64,000 bases of DNA. Origin: an uncultured Fibrobacteraceae bacterium. Its GTDB lineage: Bacteria > Krumholzibacteriota > Krumholzibacteriia > LZORAL124-64-63. Each line of letters opens with the position of its first letter. Position 1 is the first letter of the stretch. The notes below the pieces were generated by a model. The model did no database searches and was not told the origin of the DNA. It saw only the letters and a program-made list of their open reading frames with translations. The DNA lies in NCBI GenBank assembly GCA_964549735.1, contig CAZJWO010000003.1, positions 4,829-68,828 on the forward strand, given 5' to 3'. Of the stretch, positions 12,688-21,720 are shown piece by piece. Both the position numbers and the translations under genes were made by a program.

Positions 12688-13511
12688 ACCTGCCCGGAGT
12701 ATTCAAACGACGCGAGTGGAGCGTCCAGGACCTGATCCGCGAACCTGCCGACGTCTACCACGCCAAGGCCGGCGAGTATCTCTCCAGCCACATGCTGGCC
12801 GAGTTCCGCCGCAACCCTCTGCTCTTCCACAAGAAGGAACTCGGTCTGATCGAGGATCAGGACCGGCCGGCGTACGTCCTCGGCCGGGCCGCCCATGTTC
12901 TGATCCTCGAGGGTCGGGAAGCCTACGAGCAGGCCTACGCATTCGGTGGACCGATCAACCCCAGGACGGGCCAGCCGTTCGGCAGCCGCACCAAGGCATT
13001 CCGCGAGTGGGCGGAAGCCCAGGGCAAGCCCGTGCTCGATGACGACCAGGCAGCTCTAGTCGAGAACCTGAACACGTCGGTGCAGGCCCACGAGCATGCC
13101 TCGAACCTGCTGGCCGACGGCATCGCCGAGGGTGTGATCCGTGCCGAGTACTGCGGCCTGCCGTGCCAGGCGCGCCTGGACTGGCTGAACCCCGAGCGCG
13201 GGATCGTCGACCTGAAGACCTGCGACAACCTCGACTGGCTCCAGATGGACGCACGCAGCTACGGCTACGTCTACCAGCTGGCCTTCTACCGGTCCCTGGC
13301 TGCCACGCTCACCGGCGAGCGGCTTCCCGTCTACATGATCGCTGTGGAGAAACGCGAACCGTTGCGGACGGGCGTCTGGCGCATGAGCGAGGAGGTCCTC
13401 GGTCTCGCCCAGAAGGAGAACGAAGAAGCCATCGCGCGCCTGATCGCCTGCCGTGAGAAGGACGAGTGGCTCACCGGCTACGAGGACATCCGCACCTACG
13501 ACCTGATCTGA
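12684..13511 (+). CDS. PD-(D/E)XK family nuclease (phage exonuclease, RecB/Cas4-like fold)
   Basis: Motifs ...RLDWLNPERGIVDLKTCD... (D...D/E-x-K) and YVYQLAFY (QxxxY). Typical partner of Sak4/SSB recombination modules. Confidence 0.65.
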   Translation: MNLPGVFKRREWSVQDLIREPADVYHAKAGEYLSSHMLAEFRRNPLLFHKKELGLIEDQDRPAYVLGRAAHVLILEGREAYEQAYAFGGPINPRTGQPFGSRTKAFREWAEAQGKPVLDDDQAALVENLNTSVQAHEHASNLLADGIAEGVIRAEYCGLPCQARLDWLNPERGIVDLKTCDNLDWLQMDARSYGYVYQLAFYRSLAATLTGERLPVYMIAVEKREPLRTGVWRMSEEVLGLAQKENEEAIARLIACREKDEWLTGYEDIRTYDLI

Positions 13512-13515
13512 CACA

Positions 13516-13600
13516 GGCGGAAGCGGGCGGAATGGCGTGACGCGCAGTCGCCCGGGCGCGTCGGGACTCCCTGGGTCCGCCCGCTTCCCCACCAACCCTA
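13516..13600. terminator. Long inverted repeat (13-bp arms GGAAGCGGGCGGA / TCCGCCCGCTTCC) downstream of the nuclease gene
   Basis: Seen directly in sequence. The arms are separated by ~45 nt. Confidence 0.3.
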
Positions 13601-13619
13601 GTCGAATGGAGAAACGACC

Positions 13620-14402
13620 GTGAAACTCTTGCAGCAAGTCACCACAGGCCGGAGCCCGGCACCGAGGCGGGTGATGCTCTACGGCACCCATGGCATCGGC
13701 AAGTCCACCTTCGCCTCGTGCGCGCCGGCCCCGGTGTTCATCCAGACCGAGGACGGCCTCGGCGAGATCGACTGCGCCAAGTTCCCGGTCACCACGACGT
13801 TCGATGAGGCCATGCAGGCCCTGTCGGAGCTGTACACCGACGAGCACTCCTATCGAACCGTCGTGGTCGATTCGCTGGACTGGCTGGAGCGGCTGATCTG
13901 GGCCGACGTCTGCCGTCGCCGCAACGTCGAGAGCATCGAGGACATCGGCTACGCCAAGGGTTACGTGTTCGCCCTGACGCAGTGGCGCGAGTTCCTCGAC
14001 GGCCTGGCGGCACTGCGCGGCGAGAAGGGCATGACGACGATCCTGATCGCCCACGCCCGCATCGAACGCTTCGAGAACCCCGAGACGGAATCCTACGACC
14101 GCTACGTGCCGCGCCTGCACCGCCTGGCTTCCCAGGTCCTGCAGGAGTGGTGCGACGAGGTCATGTTCGCCACGTTCAAGGTCTACACCAAGCAGACCGA
14201 CGAGGGCTTCGACCGCAAGCGCAACCAGGGCATCGGCACTGGCGAGCGAGTCCTGCGCACCGTCGAGCGCCCCTCCCACGTGGCCAAGAACCGTCTCGCC
14301 CTTCCCGAAGAGATGCCTCTGGCCTGGAATGTCTACGCCCAGCACATCCACCCCGAACCTGTCAGCGCGCCCCAGAGCGGCAAGACCAAAGGAGCCAAGT
14401 AG
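13620..14402 (+). CDS. Sak4-like AAA/RecA-fold ATPase (phage single-strand annealing / recombination)
   Basis: Walker A (LYGTHGIGKST). GTG start. Size ~260 aa. Followed by DUF669 and RusA. Confidence 0.65.
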   Translation: MKLLQQVTTGRSPAPRRVMLYGTHGIGKSTFASCAPAPVFIQTEDGLGEIDCAKFPVTTTFDEAMQALSELYTDEHSYRTVVVDSLDWLERLIWADVCRRRNVESIEDIGYAKGYVFALTQWREFLDGLAALRGEKGMTTILIAHARIERFENPETESYDRYVPRLHRLASQVLQEWCDEVMFATFKVYTKQTDEGFDRKRNQGIGTGERVLRTVERPSHVAKNRLALPEEMPLAWNVYAQHIHPEPVSAPQSGKTKGAK

Positions 14403-14404
14403 CC

Positions 14405-14860
14405 ATGGCGAACCTCAACGGATTCGATGCAGCGACCGTCGACCCCGCGAACGATTTCGAGCCTCTGCCCGCGGGCAAGTACCTCGCGGTGATCACCGAC
14501 TCGGAGATGAAGCCGACCAAGGCCGGAACCGGCCACTACCTCCAGATGACGTTCCAGGTCATCGACGGCCCGTTCAAGAACCGGCTGCTGTGGTCCCGGC
14601 TCAACCTGGACAATCCGAACCGCCAGGCGGTCCAGATCGCCCAGGGCGAACTGTCGGCCATCTGCCGGGCGGTTGGCGTGCTGCAGCCCAAGGACTCGGT
14701 CGAGCTGCACAACCTGCCCCTGCAGATCACCGTGAAGTGCAAGAAGCGGGACGACACCGGCGACGTGGTCAACGAGATCCGCGGTTACGCCGGCAAGGAC
14801 GCCGCCGCGGGCGTGCCCCAGCAGGAGACCTCGAGCACTCCGCCCTGGGCCCGCCGATGA
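14405..14860 (+). CDS. DUF669 family phage protein (SSB-like partner of Sak4)
   Basis: 151 aa, MANLNGFDAATVDPANDFEPLPAGKYLAVITDSE.... Conserved order after Sak4. Confidence 0.6.
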   Translation: MANLNGFDAATVDPANDFEPLPAGKYLAVITDSEMKPTKAGTGHYLQMTFQVIDGPFKNRLLWSRLNLDNPNRQAVQIAQGELSAICRAVGVLQPKDSVELHNLPLQITVKCKKRDDTGDVVNEIRGYAGKDAAAGVPQQETSSTPPWARR

Positions 14861-15210
14861 TCGAGGTCGAGCTCCCGTTCCCCCCGTCGGTGAACCACTA
14901 CTACCGGCGGGTCGGCCCCCGGACGCTCATCAGCCGCGAGGGGCGCAGGTTCCGTGAACGGGTCTGCGCCACGCTCGCCCGCCTCGGGATCGAGCGTTTG
15001 GAAGGGCCGCTGCACCTGGAGATCGAGGTGTACCCGCCGGACCGGCAGCGCAGGGATATCGACAACGTTCAGAAGGCGCTCCTGGACGCCCTCCAGCACG
15101 GCGGTCTGTACGCCGACGATAGCCAGATCAAGAAGCTGAACATCGAGATGCGCGGGCGCGTCCGCGGCGGCCGTACCCTCGTGCGCTTGGAGGAACTCGC
15201 CGATGCTTGA
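14857..15210 (+). CDS. rusA: RusA-family Holliday junction resolvase
   Basis: 117 aa, MIEVELPFPPSVNHYYRR...DIDNVQKALLDAL...D. ATGA overlap with the upstream gene. Confidence 0.75.
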   Translation: MIEVELPFPPSVNHYYRRVGPRTLISREGRRFRERVCATLARLGIERLEGPLHLEIEVYPPDRQRRDIDNVQKALLDALQHGGLYADDSQIKKLNIEMRGRVRGGRTLVRLEELADA

Positions 15211-16924
15211 ACTGAGGCCGTACCAGCAAGCGTCGGTGGACGCGATCTACCGTCACCTCAGAGAACGGGACGACAACCCGTGCGTGGTGATCCCCACCGG
15301 CGGCGGCAAGACACCCGTCATGGCCACGGTCTGCCGCGACGCGGTGGGCCGGTGGGGCGGCCGGGTCCTGATCCTGGCTCACGTGAAGGAGTTGCTGGAG
15401 CAGGCGCTGGAGAAGATCCAGATCGTGGCGCCCGAGATGTGGATGAAGACCGGGCTCTACTCGGCCGGGCTGAAGAGCCGCGACACAGAGCACCCGATCA
15501 TCATCGCCGGCATCCAGTCGGTGTACAGGCGGGCCTGCGAACTCGACGCATTCGACCTGGTGATCATCGACGAGGCCCACATGATCCCGCCCGATGGCGA
15601 TGGGATGTACCGGACCTTCCTCGACGACGCCAGGAAGGTGAACCCGAATCTGCGGGTGATCGGCCTGACCGCGACGCCGTTCCGGATGAAGAGCGGGATG
15701 ATCTGCGAGCCCGGCAACGTCCTGAACGAGGTCTGCTACGAGATCGGCGTGAAGGAACTGATCGTCCAGGGCTACCTCTGCCCGTTGGTGACCAAGGGGG
15801 CGGCCCAACCGTTGGACACCTCGAGCCTGCACGTGCGCGCGGGCGAGTTCATCGCCAGTGAGGCCGAGGAGTTGATGGACACCGACGAACTCGTGGAGTC
15901 GGCCTGTCGGGAGATCGTCGAGCAGGCGCAGGCGCGCCGGTCGGTGCTCGTGTTCACCACCGGTATCCGGCACGCGGAGCACGTCGCCGCGGTGCTGGGC
16001 CGGATGGCGAGCGAGCCCGTGGCCACGGTGTTCGGCGAGACGGCGAGCGAGGAGCGCGACCGGGTCCTGGCTCAGTTCAAAGAGGGTCGGATCAAGTACC
16101 TGGTCAATGTCAACGTGCTCACCACTGGGTTCGACGCCCCGAACATCGACTGCGTGGCCATGATGCGGCCGACGCTGTCCCCGGGCCTCTACTACCAGAT
16201 GGTCGGGCGGGGCTTCCGTCTGTGCGAGGGGAAGGAGAACTGCCTGGTTCTGGACTTCGGCGGCAACGTGCTGCGGCACGGGCCGGTCGACGCCATCCGG
16301 GTCCGGGAGGTCCACCACCGTGCGGGCGGCGAGGCGCCGGCCAAGCAGTGCCCCGTGTGCAGGAGCCTGATCGCCACCGGCTATACTGTCTGCCCTGACT
16401 GCGGCTACGAGTTCCCACCGCCGGAACGGCAACAGCACGACGCCACAGCATCCACCGAGGGCATCCTGTCGGGCGAGGTCGCGACGTCGGTCCACGAGGT
16501 CCGCGAGGTCTTCTACAGTGTCCACACGAAGAAGGGCGCGCCGGAGGATGCGCCCAAGACGCTGCGGGTCGAGTACGAGGTGGGGTTCCACCAGTACTAC
16601 AGCGAGTGGATCTGCTTCGAGCACGGCGGCTGGGCCCGCCACAAGGCCGAGTCGTGGTGGCGGAAGCGGTCGAACGCTCCGGTGCCGCTGACGGCGGCCG
16701 AGGCCGCGGCCCTGGCCCAGGACGGAGCCCTCTGCGAGACCGGCACCATCACCGTGCGGACGGTGGTCGGGGAGCAGTTCCCGCAGATCGTGGGCTACGA
16801 GCTGGGCGACCGGCCGCCATGGCGGGAGCCCGGGATGGATGATGTCCTCGAGCCGGTGGGCGCGATGGTCGAGGGCGGCGTGCGGGTGTACGACCCGCAC
16901 GATGACGACGATCTACCCTTCTGA
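15203..16924 (+). CDS. SF2 DEAD/DEAH-box helicase (phage replication helicase) with C-terminal Cys4 zinc finger
   Basis: Walker A (TGGGKT), DEAH box (IIDEAHM), helicase C-terminal motifs. CPVCRSL...CPDCGYEF. Confidence 0.8.
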   Translation: MLELRPYQQASVDAIYRHLRERDDNPCVVIPTGGGKTPVMATVCRDAVGRWGGRVLILAHVKELLEQALEKIQIVAPEMWMKTGLYSAGLKSRDTEHPIIIAGIQSVYRRACELDAFDLVIIDEAHMIPPDGDGMYRTFLDDARKVNPNLRVIGLTATPFRMKSGMICEPGNVLNEVCYEIGVKELIVQGYLCPLVTKGAAQPLDTSSLHVRAGEFIASEAEELMDTDELVESACREIVEQAQARRSVLVFTTGIRHAEHVAAVLGRMASEPVATVFGETASEERDRVLAQFKEGRIKYLVNVNVLTTGFDAPNIDCVAMMRPTLSPGLYYQMVGRGFRLCEGKENCLVLDFGGNVLRHGPVDAIRVREVHHRAGGEAPAKQCPVCRSLIATGYTVCPDCGYEFPPPERQQHDATASTEGILSGEVATSVHEVREVFYSVHTKKGAPEDAPKTLRVEYEVGFHQYYSEWICFEHGGWARHKAESWWRKRSNAPVPLTAAEAAALAQDGALCETGTITVRTVVGEQFPQIVGYELGDRPPWREPGMDDVLEPVGAMVEGGVRVYDPHDDDDLPF

Positions 16925-16926
16925 CG

Positions 16927-19080
16927 GTGAATCGGGTGTGTATGGGCGATCCCAAGACGACAATGCTGCAGGCCGCGTTGAGGTATGCGGAGCTCGGATA
17001 CCCGGTCTTTCCGTGCGTTTCGGGCGGGAAGGCCCCCGCGACGGCCCATGGCTTCCTGGACGCCACGACGGACGCCGGGCAGATTGAAGCCTGGTGGACG
17101 GCGCGGCCGGACTCGAACATCGGCATGCCGACCGCAGGCCTTCTGGTCGTTGACGTCGACGGGGCCGAGAACCCCTGGCCAGGCGGTGACCGGGAGGGAA
17201 TGACCAACTGCCCGGTGTCGCTGACTCCTCGCGGCGGTCGGCACCACGTCTTCCGGCAGCCACCGGGCAAAGCATGGAGCAGTACGGCGAGTCGGCTCGC
17301 GCCGAAGGTCGACACCCGGGCCAACGGCGGCTACATCGTCCTGCCGCCCTCGGCGGTGGGCGGGAAACCGTACAAATGGGCCGGGGGATTCGAGACCGCC
17401 CCGGCCGACCTGCCCGAACCCCCCGCGTGGCTCGTGGCGCAGGTTGAGGGAGGGACGGACCTCTTTGAACAGGCGACGGGCGTGGCCACAGTGGGCGGGC
17501 CAGTCGCGCCCCAGGACGCGCCCGTGGCGCCCCAGTGCGCGCCGGCGGCCACCGGTGGCAATGTGATACCAGCCGGGCACAGGAACGCCACGTTGGCGCG
17601 CCTGGGCGGGGCCATGCGCCGGGTTGGGATGAGCCAGGCGGAGATCCTGGCTGCCCTGGCCCGGGCCAACGAGGACCGCTGCAACCCACCGCTCAAGGAC
17701 CGCGAAGTCGAGCGGATCGCGGCGAGCATCGCCCGGTACGAGCCCGATCAGGTGGCCGTCGCGGTGGCGGAGAACCACTGGGGGCAGGACAACGACGAAG
17801 CTCCGGAAGACGAAGTGCCCCAGGATGTCCAGGACCCGGGGCCGATGCCGGACGAGCTGTTCAGGATCCCCGGTTTCGTGTCCGAGGTCATGGACCACTG
17901 CCTGGACACGGCCCCGTATCCGAACCTGGTGATGAGCTTCGCCGGGGCTCTGGCACTGCAGGCGACGCTTGCCGGCCGGAAGGTCCGCGACCCCGGGAAC
18001 AACCGGACGAACCTCTATCTGTTGGGTCTGGCGCACTCGGCAGCCGGCAAGGACAGGCCTCGGAAGCTCAACACCGAGATCCTGCACGCGGTCGGGCTGT
18101 CGCACCAACTCGGAGGACGGTTCGCTTCGGGTGAGGGCATCCAGGATGCCCTCTTCAGCGAGCCTTGCATGCTGTTCCAGACCGACGAGATCGACGGCAT
18201 GCTGCAGTCGATCAACAAGGCCCGCGATGCCCGCCACGAGAACATCATGGGCGCGATGCTGACGATCTATTCGTCGGCCGACTCAGTGTTTCCCATGCGC
18301 CGCAAGGCCGGCCGGGATGCCCCTGGGGCCATCGACCAGCCGTGCCTCGTGGTGTTCGGGACCGCCATCCCGAAGCACTACTACGAGGCACTTTCCGACC
18401 GAATGCTGACCAATGGGTTCTTCGCCCGCATGATCATCCTCGACTGCGGAGGGCGATCGCCAGGGCAGGAGCCGAAGCTCAAGCCCTTGCCGGATCGGGT
18501 TCTCGAGACTGCGCAGTGGTGGGCGGACTTTCAGCCCGGGACAGGCAACCTCGAGAACTGGCACCCGGAACCACGAGTCATCCAACACACGGACGAGGCG
18601 AAGGAGATCCTGGTCGAGATGCGCCTCGAGGCGGAGGCCGAGTACGCGCGGGCCGAGACTGTGGAGGACGAGGCCGGTACGACGGTCTGGGGGCGAGTCA
18701 GCGAGCACGCGAGAAAGCTCGCCCTTCTCTACGCGATCAGCGAGAACCACATCGAGCCGAAGATCGGCGCTGAGGCTGTCGAGTGGGCACGGCGATTCGT
18801 CACGCACCAGGCCCGGCGCATGCTTTTCATGGCCCAGTCCCACGTAGCGGAGAACCCGTTCCAGGGGGAGTGCTTGAAGTTCCTCAAGAAGCTCGGCGGA
18901 GCACCCGGCGGAGAGCTCGCCCACAGCGTTCTCTTGAAGCGGATGAAGGTCGACGCCAAGACCTTCCAGGGGCTCGTGACTACTCTCGAACAGCGCGGAG
19001 ATATCATCACCAGGACCTCCTGCGCGCGCGGCACCACGGCGCGCTTCTACCGGTTGGTGAGCCGCCGTCCCGAGCGGTGA
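16927..19080 (+). CDS. Bifunctional primase-polymerase (Prim-Pol N-terminal domain) with a large C-terminal replication-associated domain
   Basis: N-terminal ...YAELGYPVFPCVSGGKAP...GLLVVDVDG... (Prim-Pol signature). 717 aa. Confidence 0.7.
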   Translation: MNRVCMGDPKTTMLQAALRYAELGYPVFPCVSGGKAPATAHGFLDATTDAGQIEAWWTARPDSNIGMPTAGLLVVDVDGAENPWPGGDREGMTNCPVSLTPRGGRHHVFRQPPGKAWSSTASRLAPKVDTRANGGYIVLPPSAVGGKPYKWAGGFETAPADLPEPPAWLVAQVEGGTDLFEQATGVATVGGPVAPQDAPVAPQCAPAATGGNVIPAGHRNATLARLGGAMRRVGMSQAEILAALARANEDRCNPPLKDREVERIAASIARYEPDQVAVAVAENHWGQDNDEAPEDEVPQDVQDPGPMPDELFRIPGFVSEVMDHCLDTAPYPNLVMSFAGALALQATLAGRKVRDPGNNRTNLYLLGLAHSAAGKDRPRKLNTEILHAVGLSHQLGGRFASGEGIQDALFSEPCMLFQTDEIDGMLQSINKARDARHENIMGAMLTIYSSADSVFPMRRKAGRDAPGAIDQPCLVVFGTAIPKHYYEALSDRMLTNGFFARMIILDCGGRSPGQEPKLKPLPDRVLETAQWWADFQPGTGNLENWHPEPRVIQHTDEAKEILVEMRLEAEAEYARAETVEDEAGTTVWGRVSEHARKLALLYAISENHIEPKIGAEAVEWARRFVTHQARRMLFMAQSHVAENPFQGECLKFLKKLGGAPGGELAHSVLLKRMKVDAKTFQGLVTTLEQRGDIITRTSCARGTTARFYRLVSRRPER

Positions 19081-19152
19081 AGAACCCCCGAAGGTGAATC
19101 ACGTCCTGGCTCAGACGCCACAAACCGTTTTCATGCAACCCGTTACAGGTCG

Positions 19153-19330
19153 TTTCACCGTTTCACCCCATCTCGCAGGGGGTGAAAGAGGGTGAAGCGA
19201 GAATGCTGTAACTTATTATATACAAACACACTCTCTCTCCTTTTCCCCTTTCACCCACCCCCGCGCATATTCCTCTCCGTCTCCGCGCGCGTATATGAGA
19301 CCCCGGGGGTGAAAGGTGAAAAAGGTGAAA
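19153..19330. repeat. Iteron-like cluster: >=8 copies of GGTGAAA / TTTCACC in both orientations around an AT-rich core (putative phage replication origin or partition site)
   Basis: GTTTCACCGTTTCACCCC; GGGGGTGAAAGAGGGTGAAGCG; TTATTATATACAAACACAC; CCCCTTTCACCC; GGGGGTGAAAGGTGAAAAAGGTGAAACGG. Confidence 0.6.
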
Positions 19331-19344
19331 CGGCGGAATCCGGG

Positions 19345-19980
19345 TTAGGGATGCTCACTGCCCGATGCGGACAGAATGCTGTAACCGGCTTTGTTGACGG
19401 CGGCCTCGATGGTGTCGGGGTCGACGACGGCATTACCGCCGACACTGACCACGGCCGATCTGTCCTCGTAGGACACTTTCGCGCCGATCACTCCGGGAAC
19501 ATCGGCCAGGGCCTTCGTGAGGATGCCTGCGCATCCTTCACACGTCATCCCGCCGATCGCCAGATGGAGGGTTCGGACTTCGCCGGTCACCGGTTGGCCG
19601 AGCTCCGATGATGCTCCCCCGACGACAAGCCCGACATAGCTGGGGAAGAATGCAAACGCCACGACGAATACGGTTGCGATCCAAAGCATGATGCGATTGA
19701 AACGCTGAAGGCGGGGCCGGGGTGTGGCGCACATCGAGCCAGGAGCACATCGCTCCTTGCGGAAGTAGTTGAAGTAGAAACCGGTCGCCAGCAAGAAGGT
19801 CGCCATGGCTAGGAAGACCAGGCGGTACTTCTCGAAGAACGAGGCGACTCCGACCGCCGAGGCCCCGAAGGCGATCAGGGCGAGCGGCAGCCAGCAGCAG
19901 GCCGATGATGCGATGGCCGAGACCACGGAGCCCACCGTGGCGAAAACGCCCAAGCGCTGGGATGTCCCGGAGGCGTTCAT
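19345..19980 (-). CDS. merT: MerT-MerP fusion: mercuric/heavy-metal transporter (CC motif in TM1, cytoplasmic Cys pair) fused to a C-terminal HMA domain (GMTCEGC)
   Basis: SAIASSACCWLPLALIAFG (MerT TM1 signature); ...CAPGSMCATP...; C-terminal LAIGGMTCEGCAGILTKALADVPGVIGAKVSY. Start set at MNASGTS (ATGA overlap with the upstream gene). The annotated longer N-terminus is Arg-rich junk. Confidence 0.75.
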   Translation of the reverse strand: MNASGTSQRLGVFATVGSVVSAIASSACCWLPLALIAFGASAVGVASFFEKYRLVFLAMATFLLATGFYFNYFRKERCAPGSMCATPRPRLQRFNRIMLWIATVFVVAFAFFPSYVGLVVGGASSELGQPVTGEVRTLHLAIGGMTCEGCAGILTKALADVPGVIGAKVSYEDRSAVVSVGGNAVVDPDTIEAAVNKAGYSILSASGSEHP

Positions 19981-20282
19981 GCGGTTGCCTGTTCCCGGAT
20001 GGCATCCTCGATCATCTGCCGTGGGGGCGTGCCGGAACTCCCGTACATCCGGCAGCCGTAGGCATAATCGGTACGCGACCGAACTGCAGGATCGGCATCG
20101 ATGCCGTTGATCTGCACCGACGGCGAGCCGAAGAAGCGGTGCCGGTGCGCCTGCTCGGGGTCGTTCACTTCGACGGTGGTGACGGCTGCGTCGACGCCCA
20201 GTTCCGACACCACCTGCTCCACGATCTCCATCGTGGGGAGAAAATTCGGGCATCCTTCGAAATAGAGCACTTCGATCTTCAT
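19977..20282 (-). CDS. Small thioredoxin-fold protein (MKIEVLYFEGCPN...) in a mer-like operon
   Basis: ~101 aa. Cys in FEGCPN plus a later YGCRMYG. Positioned between merR and merTP with 4-nt overlaps on both sides. Confidence 0.55.
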   Translation of the reverse strand: MKIEVLYFEGCPNFLPTMEIVEQVVSELGVDAAVTTVEVNDPEQAHRHRFFGSPSVQINGIDADPAVRSRTDYAYGCRMYGSSGTPPRQMIEDAIREQATA

Positions 20283-20710
20283 GTTCTCTCCTCCTCGAGA
20301 GCTTCCAGAATTGGACATTCACTGGCGGGCCCGGAGCCGTGGCAAGAGGCGGCAAGCATCGCGAGAGCGCGTTTCATGCGCTTGAGTTCGCGGATCCGCT
20401 CCTCGATGCCGGCGATCTTCGTTTCCGCTCGGGCTTTGACATCGGCGCAAGTCGTATTGGTGTCCACCCGCAGCGCGAGCAGATCCGCGATCTCGTTCAG
20501 GGTGAACCCCAGATCCTTCGCGCGCCGGATGAACATGACCCTGGCTACGGTATCGGCCGGGTACTCCCGATAGCCGGAACTGTTGCGCGGCGGTTCCTTG
20601 AGCAGCCCCGAGCGTTCGTAGAAACGGATGGTTTCGACGCCGACTCCGGCTTGTTTCGCGACCTGGCCAATGGTGAACACGCTCACGGTAATCTCCTCGT
20701 CAATGGACAA
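20279..20710 (-). CDS. merR: MerR-family metal-responsive transcriptional regulator (Hg/heavy-metal type, three conserved Cys)
   Basis: N-terminal HTH FTIGQVAKQAGVGVETIRFYERSGLL. Coiled-coil dimerisation region. Cys at ~86, ~121, ~130 (TTCADV, ASCHG, ECP). Confidence 0.8.
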   Translation of the reverse strand: MSIDEEITVSVFTIGQVAKQAGVGVETIRFYERSGLLKEPPRNSSGYREYPADTVARVMFIRRAKDLGFTLNEIADLLALRVDTNTTCADVKARAETKIAGIEERIRELKRMKRALAMLAASCHGSGPASECPILEALEEERT

Positions 20711-20715
20711 GATAC

Positions 20716-20737
20716 ACCCTGTACCATACTACAGGGT
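20716..20737. promoter_or_regulatory. Perfect dyad ACCCTGTA-N6-TACAGGGT immediately upstream of merR, flanked by TTGACC (-35-like) on the minus strand: MerR-type operator/promoter
   Basis: Seen directly in sequence. On the minus strand it reads TTGACC-ctgtagtatggtacagggtg-TATCTT (long-spacer promoter with internal dyad). Confidence 0.55.
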
Positions 20738-20882
20738 CAAGGGGCAAACAGGAGAAAATCGCAACTATATCAATTGGGGGCGGTCAGTCTTGGAAGTGGG
20801 TGGGGGGGATATATCCGTTCCTGAAGCCGACAGACCCCTCGCATCGCCGAGAGGTCGTCGGTTCATAGCGGGTTCCAGCGAG

Positions 20883-21137
20883 CTAGGCTTCGGTCTGGAC
20901 CTCCTTCATGATCGCCCGCACCGCCGCATCGTCCTTCCGCGCAGCGGCCACCAGAAGACTGCGAGCGAACTTCGAGGCCTTCCCCGGTCCGGCCGCCTTG
21001 TGGATGTCGTTCCGCTCCTCCTCGGTCAGCCGGAAGGCGAACACGCAGAGTTCCTCGCGCGGGGCCTTGGCTTTGGAGGCGGGTTTCTCGGCCGCAGGCT
21101 TGCGGGCCCGCGTGGTCTTCTTGGTCGTCTTGGCCAT
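20883..21137 (-). CDS. Ribbon-helix-helix (CopG/MobC-like) DNA-binding protein with Lys-rich N-terminal tail
   Basis: ...ELCVFAFRLTEEERNDIHKAAGPGKASKFARSLLVAAA.... Confidence 0.5.
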   Translation of the reverse strand: MAKTTKKTTRARKPAAEKPASKAKAPREELCVFAFRLTEEERNDIHKAAGPGKASKFARSLLVAAARKDDAAVRAIMKEVQTEA

Positions 21138-21140
21138 CGG

Positions 21141-21392
21141 TCAGTTCCTTTCGCTCGGGTCCAGACGCGCGATCCGGCTGGGCTCCTTGCCGCAGCCTTC
21201 GCACGCCACTCGCCCGCCCTGGCGGTCGATCTCCGCCATGTCAGCGGGCGTGATCTCTTCCCACCGTTCCCAGATCCAGGTGTCGGACCCGGGATAGGGG
21301 ATGTGGCAGCAGGCGCAGACGATGCTGCCCCGCTCGTTCCAGAACACCTGGTGGGCCTTCAGGCCGAATCGCGGGGTCGCGTTCTTCGCCAT
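21141..21392 (-). CDS. Small Cys-rich (zinc-finger-like) hypothetical protein
   Basis: CACCH...CEGCGKE motifs. 83 aa. Confidence 0.45.
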   Translation of the reverse strand: MAKNATPRFGLKAHQVFWNERGSIVCACCHIPYPGSDTWIWERWEEITPADMAEIDRQGGRVACEGCGKEPSRIARLDPSERN

Positions 21393-21393
21393 G

Positions 21394-21720
21394 TCAGTCC
21401 ACCTCCCGCGGGATATCCGCCGCGAACACCAGCGTCCCGTCAGCGCCGTAGATCTCGACGCGGTCGATCCTGGTGTCGGGGTTCTCGCGGCCGGCGCGCA
21501 GGATGGCCTGGCTGGCCCGCATGGCGGTCAACCGCCCGTAGGCTTCGAGGCGTGCCTCCTGCCGGTCGGTGAACAGGGTCGGGTTCTCGTCGATCTGGAG
21601 TCCGCCCCGGAACTGCAACTCGAGGTCGCGGAGCGAGGCCTCGAACACGAGATCCTCGAGCGTGCTGTTCGGCTTCGGGTCGACTACGACCCAGAACTTG
21701 TCGTCAGGTCCGTAGCGCAT
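21394..21720 (-). CDS. Hypothetical protein
   Basis: 108-aa ORF coupled to its neighbours. Confidence 0.45.
   Translation of the reverse strand: MRYGPDDKFWVVVDPKPNSTLEDLVFEASLRDLELQFRGGLQIDENPTLFTDRQEARLEAYGRLTAMRASQAILRAGRENPDTRIDRVEIYGADGTLVFAADIPREVD

Noticed and set aside
19345-20355. 336-aa version of the MerT-MerP ORF and the 113-aa version of the Trx-like ORF as annotated in the ORF track
   Set aside because: The N-terminal extensions are out-of-frame read-through of the upstream genes (Arg-rich, overlapping). Starts were repositioned to ATG codons that form 4-nt overlaps with the upstream stops.
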